Of a DNA stretch of 64,000 nucleotides, positions 22,527 to 56,623 are shown in pieces (within the stretch, counting starts at the first letter, position 1; every line of letters starts with the position of its first letter). The notes below the pieces were generated by a model. It had not been told where the DNA came from, did no database searches, and saw nothing but the letters and a program-made list of their open reading frames with translations. Origin of the DNA: Macrostomum lignano (taxonomy: Eukaryota); the NCBI GenBank assembly GCA_002269645.1, contig NIVC01001674.1:1-64000 (forward strand), in the 5' to 3' direction. Position numbers and translations under genes: made by a program.

Positions 22527-23371
22527 ATAATACGCTTCATAATAACCAATATTTGCTTAGTTATAAGCATATATAGTGAGTTTTAAGCTATGCGCATTTA
22601 GTTATAACAGACTTAGACATTTATTATAGGTGGATATTTACAGTTCATAATAAGCTATATATATATATTTAGTAATAAGCTATATATAGTTATTTCTGTC
22701 ATATCTGTTATCTATCCTAGTGTCTATCTTAGTGTCTGTCCCAATGTCTTTCTTAGTGTCTGTCTTACTCCACTTCTCTCCCGTTGTCTCTCCTCTGCTC
22801 TCTCTCCCGTCTTCTTTCCTCTCTTAGTACTCTCATGGCTGTTCTCATGCTTTGATCATGTCTTCTTTCTTGCCAATTTGCAGTCCTGAAAGGAATTTGT
22901 GTATTTTCATCTCCACTGCAGTCTGCAGCAGTCTAACAACAAAGGAAATACGCATTTCTTAGGAGGAAATTTAAAATTTAAAGTACTTTTAAGAGAAACC
23001 TAAAATTTCCATGATGTGACTAATTTAGTAGGGTTGCATTGCATTGCATCGCCTTTTCATAAATCTTTCGCTTTTACAAACCATGCTGGATTCCCACCGT
23101 TTCTAGTGCTCCCAAAGCACACAAATTTTTCCTATACACAAGCAATATACTGAACACAGACCTTTAAATCCAGGAGGTTCACCCTGAGTATCTGAGTGAC
23201 CTGCGAGACAACTAGGAAGAGTAGGCTACTAAAATTAGTATGAGGAGGACATGTGCACTATGGTTTCTAGACATACACTAGCATCATGTTTTAAGTGACG
23301 CAATTCATCATTATGGTTTCAAGATGGTGCGAAAAATGGTTTTTTTCACTCAACTCTGGTTTCTTTTCCAG

Positions 23372-23536
23372 ATGGATCAAGCGCCACCGCCACCGCCGCC
23401 GCCGCCGCCGGCGCCACCGCCACCACCGCCGGCGCCACCGCCACCACCGCCGCCGCTGCCTCAGCGCCGCCGCATTCGGCGCCGAATCCGGCGCCTTAGA
23501 AGCAGCGGCCTGCGGCTTTCTGTCCGCACTTTCTGA
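23372..23536 (+). CDS. Possible short poly-Pro/Arg-rich exon (54 aa)
   Basis: tcttttccAG|ATG then MDQAPPPP..QRRRIRRRIRRLRSSGLRLSVRTF*. Low complexity, so weak support. Confidence 0.25.
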   Translation: MDQAPPPPPPPPPAPPPPPPAPPPPPPPLPQRRRIRRRIRRLRSSGLRLSVRTF

Positions 23537-23572
23537 AACGCACTTTCTGTCAAATTGCGCATTGCGCTGGGT

Positions 23573-24014
23573 GGGCTGGGCTATCTGATTGTGGGGAAAG
23601 TTCTCGGAATTTTTTAACATTTTTAAACAGATGTCCCTAAGGAATAAAGAATAATACCAATTCACAAAAAATCACTATTTCACTATTTCAGACAGACAGG
23701 CTAGCAGGCAGACGGATGGACAGACAGACAGACAGGCCGAGAGACAGGCAGACATACAGAAGGACAGACAGACATACAGAAGGACAGACAGGCAGACAGA
23801 CCGATACAGACAGACATACAGAAGGACAGACAGACTGACAGGCAGGCGAACCGATACAGACATACATACAGACACACAGAAGGACAGACAGACAGACAAT
23901 TCCGAGAACTTTCCCTACAATCAGATATGAACCCTCGGGGCGAAATGGTTTGGAGTGCGTTATTTTGTTTTGTTTTAAATAAAATGGTTCGCCCCGAGGG
24001 TTCTTACCCAGCCC
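23573..24014. mobile_element. Non-autonomous element with nested inverted repeats and an (ACAG)n core (HINE/DINE-1-like or MITE)
   Basis: 30-bp IR 23582-23611/23898-23927 (1 mismatch) around (ACAG)n; perfect 16-bp IR 23929-23944/23988-24003; outer 8-bp IR 23573-23580/24007-24014. Confidence 0.6.
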
Positions 24015-25282
24015 CCTTTTTGGATTAAAAATCTTTGCCTTCAATTTCTTCCTTATTTATTGATCATACCATAGTATAAGCTTGGCAAGTTGTAATCAGT
24101 AAAAAAGCATTGCACACTGTTACGATTTACATTAAAAAAATATTACTTAGGACTGCTGTTCAATGCAACCAATTAAGTTCAATTCCAGCACCCCAGCAGC
24201 CTTGGTTTGGCCACTCGGCTACGTTCTGATACTTGGCGGCACTGCATCCTACCATCCTACGAGTTATTGCATCCTACTACAACAGATAAGTACATTCCAT
24301 CCACAATTGACTCGTTCGTCTTAATCAAATACCCTCCAGAATCCACCCTGGGTCTTTACCCTCCAGAATCTTCAGCAATATGTAACGAAGACAAAACTAA
24401 CCAGTTAAAAACATTTTGCACTCTCACTCAGATTCTGCCCGATCGCTACGAGGGCTTCCAGCGCGCTCTGCCGTTGCCGGAGCTCTGGGCTGCCGGCTTT
24501 TTAATCTAGCCGGACCTGGGGCCCAGGATATTCAACGCCTATGGCCTGGCCGCTGCGATGCCATAGGGGCACCACAAATCTGCACCTGGATACCTGGATA
24601 CTTTTGTCACCATAGCAAAACGAGTTGAAAGTGAGAAGCATATGAATGCTTATTTAAAACCAGTTTAATTATTGGTTTAGTAACTTTAGTTCAGTGAAAA
24701 CAGAATTAACTGACTAACATTGACAATTTTAATATCTTCGCTATAGCTACCATAAAGCTCTCTAGTCATGCTACGCTATAAATTTACACTGAATGTTGAC
24801 TGTTTACATACGTTACCAATTAATGAGCAATTAACTGATATCCACAGTCACTTATTACTCTGTATCCATGACAATACCTGTAAACTATTTTTTACTACTT
24901 AAATCCATCACAATAGTAATCAATATTTTATTGCCTAATAACTGAGATATCTTTTAATTCCATAATGTCAAATCCTATTTTACAATTCAATACATATCAG
25001 TTTTCAAATATCAATTCTCTACTTTTATTCGATTTATTTTATACTGTACTTCGATTTATTTATATTGATGCACTGCTTTATTACTCGCACACCATTATAT
25101 ACAAACTGTAACCAATACTGTAAAAATATTTGAAATATAATAATACATAGTGGCGTAAGAGCCGGCCAAGCTGAAGCGCCGGGCATCCTATATATCCTAA
25201 AAATGAGTTGTCTGTATCTTATATAATAAAAATGAGTTGCCTGTCGGTATTCTTTTCTAAGGCATAAATACCAGTGCTTACT

Positions 25283-25630
25283 TTTAGTGCTAAAATGAGT
25301 GCCTGTGGAGCTAAAAGGAGAGCCTGCGGCGCTAAAATGAGTGCCTGCGGCGCTAAAATGAGTGCCTGCGGCGCTAAAATGAGTGACTGCGGCGCTAAAA
25401 TGAGTGCCTGCGGTGCTAAAATGAGTGCCTGTGGTGCTAAAATGAGTGCCTGCGGTGCTAAAATGAGTGCCTGTGGTGCTAAAATGAGTGCCTGCGGTGC
25501 TAAAATGAGTGCCTGTGGTGCTAAAATGAGTGCCTGTGGTGCTAAAATGAGTGCCTGCGGTGCTAAAATGAGTGCCTGCGGTGCTAAAATGAGTGACTGC
25601 GGCGCTAAAATGAGTGCCTGCGGCGCTAAA
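25283..25630 (+). repeat. 21-bp minisatellite GCTAAAATGAGTGCCTGCGGC (same unit as at 46878-46973)
   Basis: About 16 copies. Confidence 0.95.
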
Positions 25631-27897
25631 ACTGATTTTGTTGCATTCGGGAATACAACAAATGGCATACTGAAAACATTAAAAAACCTTGCTGCAGTCA
25701 CTTACATGTACTTACCTAACGATTGCTGTAGTAACTGCATACCACCTGACTGGGACGGAACTTCAGAACATACCGGATTGGGGAATTAGAGATATGCGCA
25801 GTCTAGATGTATCTACAATTTGTAAAACCTTGCTACGTACTTGTACTTCAGGAATACTAACGTACTCATTCCTTGCCGCCGTTATTTAGACTAGCATGCC
25901 TTTGCAATAAACAACACAGTCTAGACGGACTGCAGAAAGTGCATAAATACTTAAATTGGTTTTCCGTTAAACTTGCTTTCGAGTTTATCGAGTTTATTCG
26001 AGTTCAAAATGGTTTTCGAGGTTGTGAAATTTCGAGTTTATGAAAATAACTGGTTTTGATGTGAAATTTCGAGCTTGTGAAAGCAACCCACGATACATTT
26101 ATCTGTGAATACAATCAATACATTAAATAAAAGCAGTCAGATTCAGAGATCCTGTAATTGTTTTAGAGGCTGATTTCCGTGAAAATACACTGGAGAATAT
26201 ATCATTAACAAAATATATTACCCAAAGCTTTTCATTCTGAAGGATGAAGACTACCATTATTTTAATATAGCGTGCACAACATGTTACTCTACTTTATTTT
26301 ATATGCTAATAGTTGCGCGTTAATAAGTTTCATCATCCTAGTTTTCATTTTTAATACACTTATGAATTTTTTTACTGTTGTGTCCCTTCTTCACACTTTA
26401 TATGCTACATTATATATATACTTGTTTCAAGACAAAGCAAAACAAAATATTTCGGCTACTGATACTAATGTCACTAGTGAGTATTTATAACCTTTGGCTT
26501 GTAAAAATTTAAAAAAGAATTATATCTAAATTATATTCAGATTAAATCTAAATATAATCTATATTAGGCAAAAACTTTTTAAACCCAACAGGCAACATAC
26601 ATGTATATAATACAACAGACTGACATGCTTTGCATCCTAAATTAAAAGAATGGTAGTATTCATTAACCGAGATCAAATGCTATCGCTTGATTTTGTGATG
26701 CAAAAATGACGCTTTTCCTGTCTCCGCATCCGCACTGTTATTTTTGATGGATATTAGCCTCTAAAAATTATAAAATTGCACGGCGAATGCCGCGAATGTA
26801 CTGCCTGAGGTCTTGAGAAAGTGTCTGAATAATTTTACTTTACTCTAGAACTGTATTAAATGCATGACAATTCATAATAACAATTAGGCTGCATTCTCAT
26901 ATGAACTTTAAAAATCATAAATTTACGATACATTAAATAAAAAGTAACTGAGTTCTTGTTGTCAACAGCTACGGAAAACACTAACAAAACTGAACTTACC
27001 TTTCGATTTTTTTACTCGTCCATGATAAAAGCAGGGGAGTTTTTAAGTTTTATTGCAATCCATAAAAATTTAAGACTTTTTTACCAGAAAAAATGTATCT
27101 AAGGTGGCACAACAGTTTAACTTTCAAATATAGATTCTTTTTTTAATAATTACGATACGTCGAAACGGTACCGGTATAATTGATCTTCGACTTCAATGAC
27201 AATAAATATGACAGGAACTAAATGTGCTTCACCCGAAGTGTTACAAAAGATTACTAAGTGTTCAATATTAGCACTGCTAGACTCAAACCGTGCCAAAACA
27301 AAAACAAACCAAAAAAACACAGACCATGAGTGATGAGTGCATGACTTCATGAGAGTTACTTAACTTTAGGCCTGCAACTGCCACATTAATGGACTGCCAC
27401 ATCGCTAACTTGCAGGCGGTTGAGCTTGCCGCTGATATTGGCAGCAGTGTGAGCTGTGAGCGCGTGCATGCAAGGAGCCTACCTGTGCTGTGCATCTTAG
27501 TATTAAGGCTATTGGCTAACCCGATAATATATCAATTTGGCTTATGAGTGGCTCTCCAATGCATTATCACCAGCTTAATCACTTAAATTCTACAAACCCA
27601 AAATGAGCTACTGATTTAAAGTACTATGATTACAGACGAAGTATGAATGCTAATACTAAACTTTAAAAAATCATTTCCACCGTTTTTATTTATGTTCGAA
27701 TAAATAATGCTTTTTACTCTTTCAATACTACTTTTCTAATCCGCGTATTTTCATTGCTTAAACTTAATAATCCTCTAATTTTAATAGTAATAATCCTTAC
27801 CATAATTTAATGTTGTTCACTTAAATTCTAATTTTTGGTCTTCTGCCTTTTCTGCTTTTTTTACACCCACAATACTTACATCAAGAAAATATTTTGT

Positions 27898-27958
27898 CTA
27901 GCAAGATTCGAACCTCAAACCTTCCAATTTCAAGTCAGGCGCACTGGCCACTCGACCA
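27898..27958 (-). other. tRNA-derived SINE head or degenerate tRNA pseudogene
   Basis: A box TGGTCGAGTGG, B box GGTTCGAATC, CTTGAAA anticodon-like loop. Acceptor and T stems do not pair well. Confidence 0.45.
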
Positions 27959-30900
27959 ATTTTTAGCGGTGTCTATTTTTAGCACTCAGAATTCCCAGAC
28001 TTCTCATTCTCGTCCGCGGGTGCACTCGACCCCAGCCTACACGGACCAATAGCAGCGTTCCTTGGCATATCTAGCGTACTATCACTGGCTCCGGGTAGTC
28101 CACGGAACTGCCATGGGATCTGCCACGGAACTGCCTCTGAGCTTCCCATTGGCCTGGCCAATAAGACTGCCGCAGGTCGTGTGTCATCAGCTCGCCAGAC
28201 CTTCAACACCGTCTGGACCTGGTCTTGCGGCCTACATCCTACGCTGTTGGGCAACATCAGTGACACCTAATAGGGTTTAGGGAATGTACTGCGACACCAG
28301 TGGAGTTATTAAACGATAATTTAGGATCGGCCTGTGACCGTCATTCACATTAATAAATGCTTACTGACTTGTTTTGTCTTATTTATTTTCTACTTATCAG
28401 TAGGCCTACCTAGGGGTAACCTGTCGAGGATATCACCTGTAGACCTACAAGGTGGCAGCAACCCAACTACCAATACTCGGTTTAATATCTAATTGTACTC
28501 TGTAGAGACTAAGAGGGGTTAATTCGGATAGGGGCTAGTTAGGGGCTAACTAGCAGGCCAGCTACCGGCCGTGCTAGTTAGCGAGGACAGACAGAAAGTA
28601 ATAGGCAACAGCAGTAGTCACCAAAGAGACGGGGATCCCAAGGCCATTACATTGGTTACGTTGGTGGGATCTGCAGCAAAAAAGGGTCAACCATTACAAT
28701 TATAATTATAAGATTAATAAAATCATTAAAATAAATTAATGAGACTAGAATAGAAGTATCCGTAAACCATTTACACTGGTAACAAATAGAAAATTAACAT
28801 GAGCATGTTTAATACTTTTTATTTAAAGTGACTGCCGCTTAATACATACGGCATGTCTATCACAGACTGAAACATACATATGAAAAGTACATGGTCAAGA
28901 GGGGGCAGCGTGGCGAGCAGAGCTGCTGGGCAGGAGCGGAGCTGCTGCTAGGCTTTTTACGGCGCTTAATTATAGCACAAAAAATACAGCACAGCCTACT
29001 AACAATAGACTTTAAGGAAATTACGCCGAATTTTATTTACCCTGCACCTCCTACCAGTAGGGCACCCGCGGAGGCGTGCGGACATACTAAACGCCCAGGC
29101 ACCTAGCGCCTGGCGGGAAGCACAAGGTGGGGCATACAGAGGGGGTGTATAGTAATGTCCTACCGGGTAAAGGAGAGTACAGATAAGAGATAAGATGAGA
29201 AGGTAAGACAGGAAATAAATAATAGGAGAGAAGGTTGAAATGATAGTAGAGAGAGAATAAAGAATTTTACACTGACTTAGGGGTGCGAATAAACATGAGA
29301 AATTAAATTGAAATGTGCTAATTTTAACAGTCCGACTTTTATTGTTCCTACAAAATTTTAAACAGCTGGGTAGGACCTCTTGCGGAGCAGACTCATAGAT
29401 ATTATTCTGGTTTCCAAGATATTATTGACTTATAAGGAATAAACACATACTATATGGGTCTAATTTTCAAGCTAAAATATAATGGAAAGCGTACGTAAAT
29501 ATGCAAAAAGTGGTATCCAACTGGGGGCTACATGAGCAAACAGGCTGCCTGCCCTAGACTTGTTGGGAATTTATAGAATTTTTTAAAGATGCAAAAAAAG
29601 TGCAAAAAAGTTGTTAATTTTACTGTTTTAATAGCTAGGGGGATGTCCAAATATGCTAAAACCAGCTTTTAAAGTGAAGAGAGTGCAAAAAACATTAAAA
29701 AAATAGTTTAATGAACAATTCAAGAAGATTGCCCAAAAAAAGCTATTTGTCTAGTCACTAGACAAATAACAATTGCCTTAAATTAAATGTTTGAAACTAA
29801 AAGTATCTTTAAAAATTTTTAAATAACTACTATAAATAAAACTTTAAAGAATACAAAATTATTCTAATATCAGTCAATTAGTCAACATAATATTAGTTCC
29901 ACACCCCAGTCAACACAACATTAGTCAACATGGTAATTAGTCAACATAGTAATATTGACTCAACATTTAGAATTAAGACCTAATAAATAAATATAAAAAT
30001 ATAGAAATTAAAGCACAAACAAAACAGCCAAAAATATTATACCACATTGATATCCAACTACCCTGAACCTGAACATTGACACCATGATGGTATTAATGTT
30101 TAAGTGAAATAAAAACTGCAATTACTACAACTTACCTTACTATCTATCTCATTATGAGATTGAGTTCAAAGTTAAATCAATGTAAAAATCTTTTCTCCTA
30201 TTTACTGAACAGGTGAATAGGAAGATTCGAAATCTAAGTATCCAATAGAAATAGAATGTTCCAGTTTATCATATGATACGATTAACAAAACCTTGTGTAG
30301 CTCAAACTGAAATAGAATTTAGTATTCAGTCAACTTTTACCGTCCGAAAGAACTCACAAATCGATAATTTTAAAGCTTCGTGCGGAGAAATTTCATTGGA
30401 CGCGGCAAAAACCCTCCTTGCAACATTGTGTAACTTACTTCTCTCTCTACTTACTAGTAGCAATGCACACTTATGTAATCAGAACATTTTTACATAAACA
30501 AATATTTTTTCTTTGTATCTGAAAAGCTAAACAGCCTAAAAATTAGTAAATTGCTTCGCACCAATGGATTATTAAGCTCAATCTAATTCTTTACACTCAG
30601 TAATCAACAGCTATGGCCTCTCGGTAACTTTTCTACATATATGGGCCTGAAATGGGCCGTTTTGTCTGTTATTTTTGACAGTTCAAGATTTAGACCGGAG
30701 TAAAAAAATCAGCTCAAAAATGAATTGAAATGTTTTCAAAGGAAACTGAAAGAAGCACGCTACGCGTAGCATTAGTAAAGAAGGTGCAAATTACAATCAA
30801 TCAGTTTCAAAGCAAAAATAAATGCTTTGTATTTTTTTTTCAAATTATCACAAGCTCCTCTCAATGAAATCTAGCTACAATAAAACCAGAGTGACAAGCA

Positions 30901-31572
30901 TAACACGTACGCATTACCCCAACAGCCCATAGTCATGGACACCCCGAGTCCCGAGCCTCAAATGGGCCATGGCCAAATTACGATTAGCTAAACTAAAAAT
31001 TGCAGCTTTGCTCAGTGAAATTTCCCTCATAACTTTGCCGCCAAACTTATACATAAATAAGCTGCAAGAGCGCTTCTTTAGGTGTATAATCCTACTATGC
31101 AATGGGGGGCTGGGAGGCTTTGAGTGGGAAGCTGAGTGATGGAGAGCTGTTAGACTGCTGCAAACTGCGGTGGAGCTGGAGATACACAAACTCCTCTCAG
31201 GGCTGCTAATTGGCCAGAAAGATGACGTGATTAAAGCATGAGAAATGATAACAACCATGATAGTACTACGTCCCACAAACTGGCTTTCGAAGCAGGGATT
31301 GGCACGCTTTAACCTCAAAGGCCAGATAAAGAATCCAGCTCATGGCTGCGGGCCAGATGCAAGTGGAAAGGAGAAGAAATAGACTGTTAGAAGAGAGGAG
31401 AGGCGAGAGGGGGATAAGAGAAAAGATAGAAGATAAGAGGAGAGACTAGGGGTGAGGAGAGAGAGCAGAGAATAGGGGAGAATTCCCCGGAGAAAGAAGC
31501 GAGAGGAGGGGAGAGAGGAGGGAGAGGAAAGAGTAGAGGTGAAAAGAGGGAGTGAGAAGAGGGAAGAGATGA

Positions 31573-31662
31573 GGCAGTCAAATTGCTCGGCAGTCAAATT
31601 GTCCGCAGTCAAATTGACCGCAGTCAAATTGTGGCAGTCAAATTGTGGCAGTCAATTGTGGT
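31573..31662 (+). repeat. Short GCAGTCAAATTG tandem array (~6 copies), likely a MITE subterminus
   Basis: Direct inspection. Confidence 0.7.
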
Positions 31663-32287
31663 GAACCCAACACACTGTACTAAAAACGGCCCTTTTAAGG
31701 GCAGAGCATAATATTTTAGGGGGGGCACTGGGCACAGGGCAAGGGGGGCACAGGTACCTTTATAAGCTGTTAATTAGGGCCTAAAATCAGAAAAAGCACT
31801 AGAAATTACCACGTGGACTCATATATATTGTGCGACGCGTATATTTAAACAACGGCCAGGCACAACAACTATAAGCAATAGAATTTCGGCAACAAAAAAT
31901 GCGCTACCAAAAAAATTATACAGCAAAAAAACGCCGTTTTTCGCGAATTGGGGCATGACCGATATGTACATGTACATTAATGCAATGCATACAATATCAA
32001 TGCAGCATAGACATAGTACAGTAACTTATTCAATCTCATTATTTAATTGCTTCGGGCAGTACGAAATCGAATAATATTGCTTATAGAAGACTTAAACATA
32101 TTATAAACATTTGCTATTAAGTAAAAGTACATATTCATTCTAAGTACCTTTGCATACACCTAATTCTATACATTTTAATTGTAAGCAGAGAATATCCATA
32201 CGAAAGTTTTGGCTGCTGTTGAGACACAAAATAATTAAGTGCAAAGTAATAATTAAATCAATTTGGCGAACAATTTGCATCCGGTTG

Positions 32288-34005
32288 TTTAACAGGTGAC
32301 ACCAATTATCTAATAGGTGACACCAATTATCTAACAGGGTGACACCAATTATCTTACAGGGTGACACCAATTATCTAACAGGTGACACCACTGTGTCTAA
32401 CAGGTGACACCAATTATCTAACAGATGACACCACTGTGTCTAACAGGTGACACCAATTATCTAACAGGTGACACCAATTATCTAACAGGTGACACCAATA
32501 ATCTAACAGGTGACACTGCAATTATCTAATTATCTAACAGGGTGACACCAATTATTTAACAGATGACACCACTGTGTCTAACAGGTGACACCAATCATCT
32601 AATAGGTGACACCAATTATCTAACAGGGTGACACCAATTATCTAACAGGTGACACCACTGTGTCTAACAGGTGACACCAATTATCTAACAGGTGACACTG
32701 CAATTATCTAATTATCTAACAGGGTGACACCAATTATCTAACAGGCGACACCAATTATCTAACAGGGTGACACCAATTATCTAATAGGTGACACCAATTA
32801 TCTAACAGGGTGACACCAATTATCTAACAGGTGACACCACTGTGTCTAACAGGTGACACCAATTATCTAACAGGTGACACTGCAATTATCTAATTATCTA
32901 ACAGGGTGACACCAATTATCTAACAGGCGACACCAATTATCTAACAGGGTGACACCAATTATCTAACAGGCGACACCAATTATCTAACAGGGTGACACCA
33001 ATTATCTAACAGGTGACACAATTATCTAACAGGTGACACTGCAATTATCTAACAGGGTTGACACCAATTATCTAACAGGGTGACACCAATTATCCAACAG
33101 GTGACACAATTATCTAACAGGTGACACTGCAATTATCTAACAGGGTTGACACCAATTATCTAACAGGGTGACACTGCAATTATCTAACAGGGTGGACACC
33201 AATTATCTAACAGGGTGACACTGCAATTATCTAACAGGGTGACACTGCAATTATCTAACAGGGTTGACACCACTGTGTCTAACAGGTGAAACCAATTATC
33301 TAACAGGGTGACACCAATTATCTAACAGGTGAAACCAATTATCTAACAGGGTGACACCAATTATCTAACAGGGTGACACCAATTATCTAACAGGTGACAC
33401 CAATTATCTAACAGGGTGGACACCAATCATCTAACAGGGTGACACCAATTATCTAACAGATGACACCACTGTGTCTAACAGGTGACACCAATTATCTAAC
33501 AGGTGACACCAATTATCTAACAGGTGACACAATTATCTAACAGGTGACACTGCAATTATCTAACAGGGTTGACACCAATTATCTAACAGGGTGACACTGC
33601 AATTATCTAACAGGGTGGACACCAATTATCTAACAGGGTGACACTGCAATTATCTAACAGGTGACACCAATTATCTAACAGGGTGACACCAATTATCTAA
33701 CAGGTGACACCAATTATCTAGCAGGGTGACACTGCAATTATCTAACAGGGTTGACACCACTGTGTCTAACAGGTGAAACCAATTATCTAACAGGGTGACA
33801 CCAATTATCTAACAGGTGAAACCAATTATCTAACAGGGTGACACCAATTATCTAACAGGGTGACACCAATTATCTAACAGGTGACACCAATTATCTAACA
33901 GGGTGGACACCAATCATCTAACAGGGTGACACCAATTATCTAACAGGTGAAACCAATTATCTAACGGGTGAAACCAATTATCTAACAGGGTGACACCAAT
34001 GTCAT
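32288..34005 (+). repeat. 21-22-bp minisatellite AACAGG(G)TGACACCAATTATCT
   Basis: About 80 variant copies immediately 3' of the protocadherin stop codon. Confidence 0.95.
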
Positions 34006-34053
34006 GTCTAACAGATGACAGCTACCTGAACCTGTCAGCTATAATACCGGATG

Positions 34054-54460
<20,407 letters not shown>

Positions 54461-54714
54461 GGTCTTGGCTGTGTAAGTCGGAGTCCAATAACTAGTGCGC
54501 TCTGAAGTGCGGCAAAATAGTGGCGGTTTTAATGCTAAAAGCATTTTTAGTTCATGCTGGCCGATAAATTTCGACATCGCGGATTTAACAGCCTCTAACA
54601 GCCAGGTGCTAAACATCCGGCATCTAAATTTGAGCTCAGCGCCATCAGGAATAGCAAACTTGGACGATAAATAGACAATAGAAGCTCGTGAAGCAAGGGT
54701 AGAAAGAGTAAGGA

Positions 54715-55310
54715 GTGAGGTGACGGGGCAGGGGTAGAGAGGAGCTGGGGGTTCTGAATGCAAGGTGTGAGGTGGTGGGGCAGGGGTAGAGAGGAGCTGG
54801 GGGCTCTGAATGCAAGGTGTGAGGTGGTGGGGCAGGGGTAGAGAGGAGCTGGGGTTCTGAATAAAAGGAGTGAGGTGGTGGGGCAGGGGTAGAGAGGAGC
54901 TGGGGGCTCTGAATGCAAGGTGTGAGGTGGTGGGGCAGGGGTAGAGAGGAGCTGGGGTTCTGAATGCAAGGAGTGAGGTGGTGGGACAGTGGTAGAGAGG
55001 AGCTGGGGGTTCTGAATGCAAGAAGTGAGGTGGTGGGGCAGGGGTAGAGAGGAGCTGGGGTTCTGAATAAAAGGAGTGAGGTGGTGGGGCAGGGGTAGAG
55101 AGGAGCTGGGGGCTCTGAATGCAAGGTGTGAGGTGGTGGGGCAGGGGTAGAGAGGAGCTGGGGTTCTGAATGCAAGGAGTGAGGTGGTGGGACAGTGGTA
55201 GAGAGGAGCTGGGGGTTCTGAATGCAAGAAGTGAGGTGGTGGGGCAGGGGTAGAGAGGAGCTGGGGTTCTGAATAAAAGGTGTGAGGTGGTGGGGCAGGG
55301 GTAGAGAGGA
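54715..55310 (+). repeat. ~55-bp G-rich minisatellite upstream of the protocadherin ATG
   Basis: gaggtggtggggcaggggtagagaggagctggggg..ctgaatgcaagg repeated about 10 times. Confidence 0.95.
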
Positions 55311-55854
55311 GTCACTTTGACTTCATGGAGTATTCCTATAGACTGAGCAGGTCACTCTTACACTAGTCTAGCTTGCAAAATACTTTTGTTACTGTCAATC
55401 GTAGGAGCAAATGCAAGAAGTCTCAATCGATGCATTTTTAGTAATCCGAGTTGGAGAATGAACTTAAAAAAGCTAACTAATCATTACGAATCTGTCCATC
55501 AATCAACTCAAATACCGCTTGAGACCGCGGGTCGGCACTCTCTTTTCTTTGTTCTCCAATACGGTAGCGGTGTCAGCTTTCCCGCGTTCATTCAAATTGA
55601 ACTCCATCCCTGCACCCAACCCTGTTCCTCGCGCTTACGGATGGCTAAGATGAGCTTTCTCTTGTCGTGAGTGTTTCACTCACGGCAAGGAGTGAGGGTC
55701 TGAATGGTCTGAAGTCTGAGGGTCTGAAGAGGTCTGAGGTCTGAGGGTCTGAGGGGCTTAAGTCTGAGGGTCTGAAGGAGTGAGGGTCCACCTCCTTTTG
55801 CCCTCTCGCAGACTTGAGCAATGCGACCTAATCTGCTGTCAGGAAGAGATGTGA

Positions 55855-56100
55855 CCCCTGACCCCTTCCAGCATCCCTTGACCCCTTCCAGCATCCCCCT
55901 GACCCCTTCCAGCATCACCCTTACCCCTTCCAGCACTTCCTACTAACCCCTTCCAGCATCCCCCTTGCCCATTCCAGCACCTCCTGACCCCTTCCAGTAC
56001 CTCCTGACCCCTTCCAGCACTCCCTAACCCCTTCCAGTACCTCCTGACCCCTTCCAGCACTCCCTGACCCCTTCCAGCACTCCCTGACCCCTTCCAGCAC
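55855..56100 (+). repeat. CCCCTTCCAGCA minisatellite (second locus)
   Basis: Same unit as 48658-49232. Confidence 0.9.
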
Positions 56101-56623
56101 CCAAGCAAGAAAGCCAGAAAACAAGTCAGCTTATTCAGAATCGTACAACAGCTTCCTGAAAATTCATACACATGAATGCTATTTTGCTCGCCATAAATGA
56201 CTGTCTGTGTATTGAAGTTTGTGCAGCTTCCTGCAGCCCAATAAAACTGCCAGGGAGGCGGCCCCAGTCCCTGAACTGCCATCAGCACCCCCCCCCCTAT
56301 AGAAGCAACAGCTACTACAAGGCCGAGCCTCGTAACGCGAAGAAGGCAAAATCAAAAGACAAACAACAGCGAACTGTAATTATGAAAGTCATATGCTTTC
56401 AGATAGCCAAGGGTAGATCTGGGCTAGTGATAACAGAGGCCCTGTCACGCCATGGCTTGCAGAACCAATGCAGGACTTTGTTGCCACGCAAACTCTTTCT
56501 CTTTGTCAGCAGTTCGAAAATACTGCGATTTTAACTGTTTGGTTGATTTTGTCCGGAAATTCATTTCTTCTAAATTTGACCTGCTGGAGCCAGCGAATAC
56601 ATTACCTTTGTACACCACCTGCT

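Noticed and set aside
27898-27958. Functional tRNA-Ser(TGA)
   Set aside because: Acceptor and T stems do not pair and there is no long variable arm; kept only as SINE- or pseudogene-like.
28062-28280. GTAMGS motif resembling Penelope-type RT
   Set aside because: No downstream YxDD or other RT motifs in the short ORF; likely chance.
28272-29160. LTR-like signals (purine tract + TG at 28285, AATAAA, CA + TGGCAGC near 28450, AGAGGGGG-TG near 29147)
   Set aside because: No second matching LTR, TSD or gag/pol sequence seen.
30914-31318. 134-aa ORF, possible LINE fragment
   Set aside because: No recognisable motif on either strand; the opposite-strand frame has stops.
32288-34005. Regularly spaced repeats resembling a CRISPR array (also 36.1, 38.2 and 60.8 kb)
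   Set aside because: Units are head-to-tail with no unique spacers, there are no cas genes, and the context is eukaryotic.
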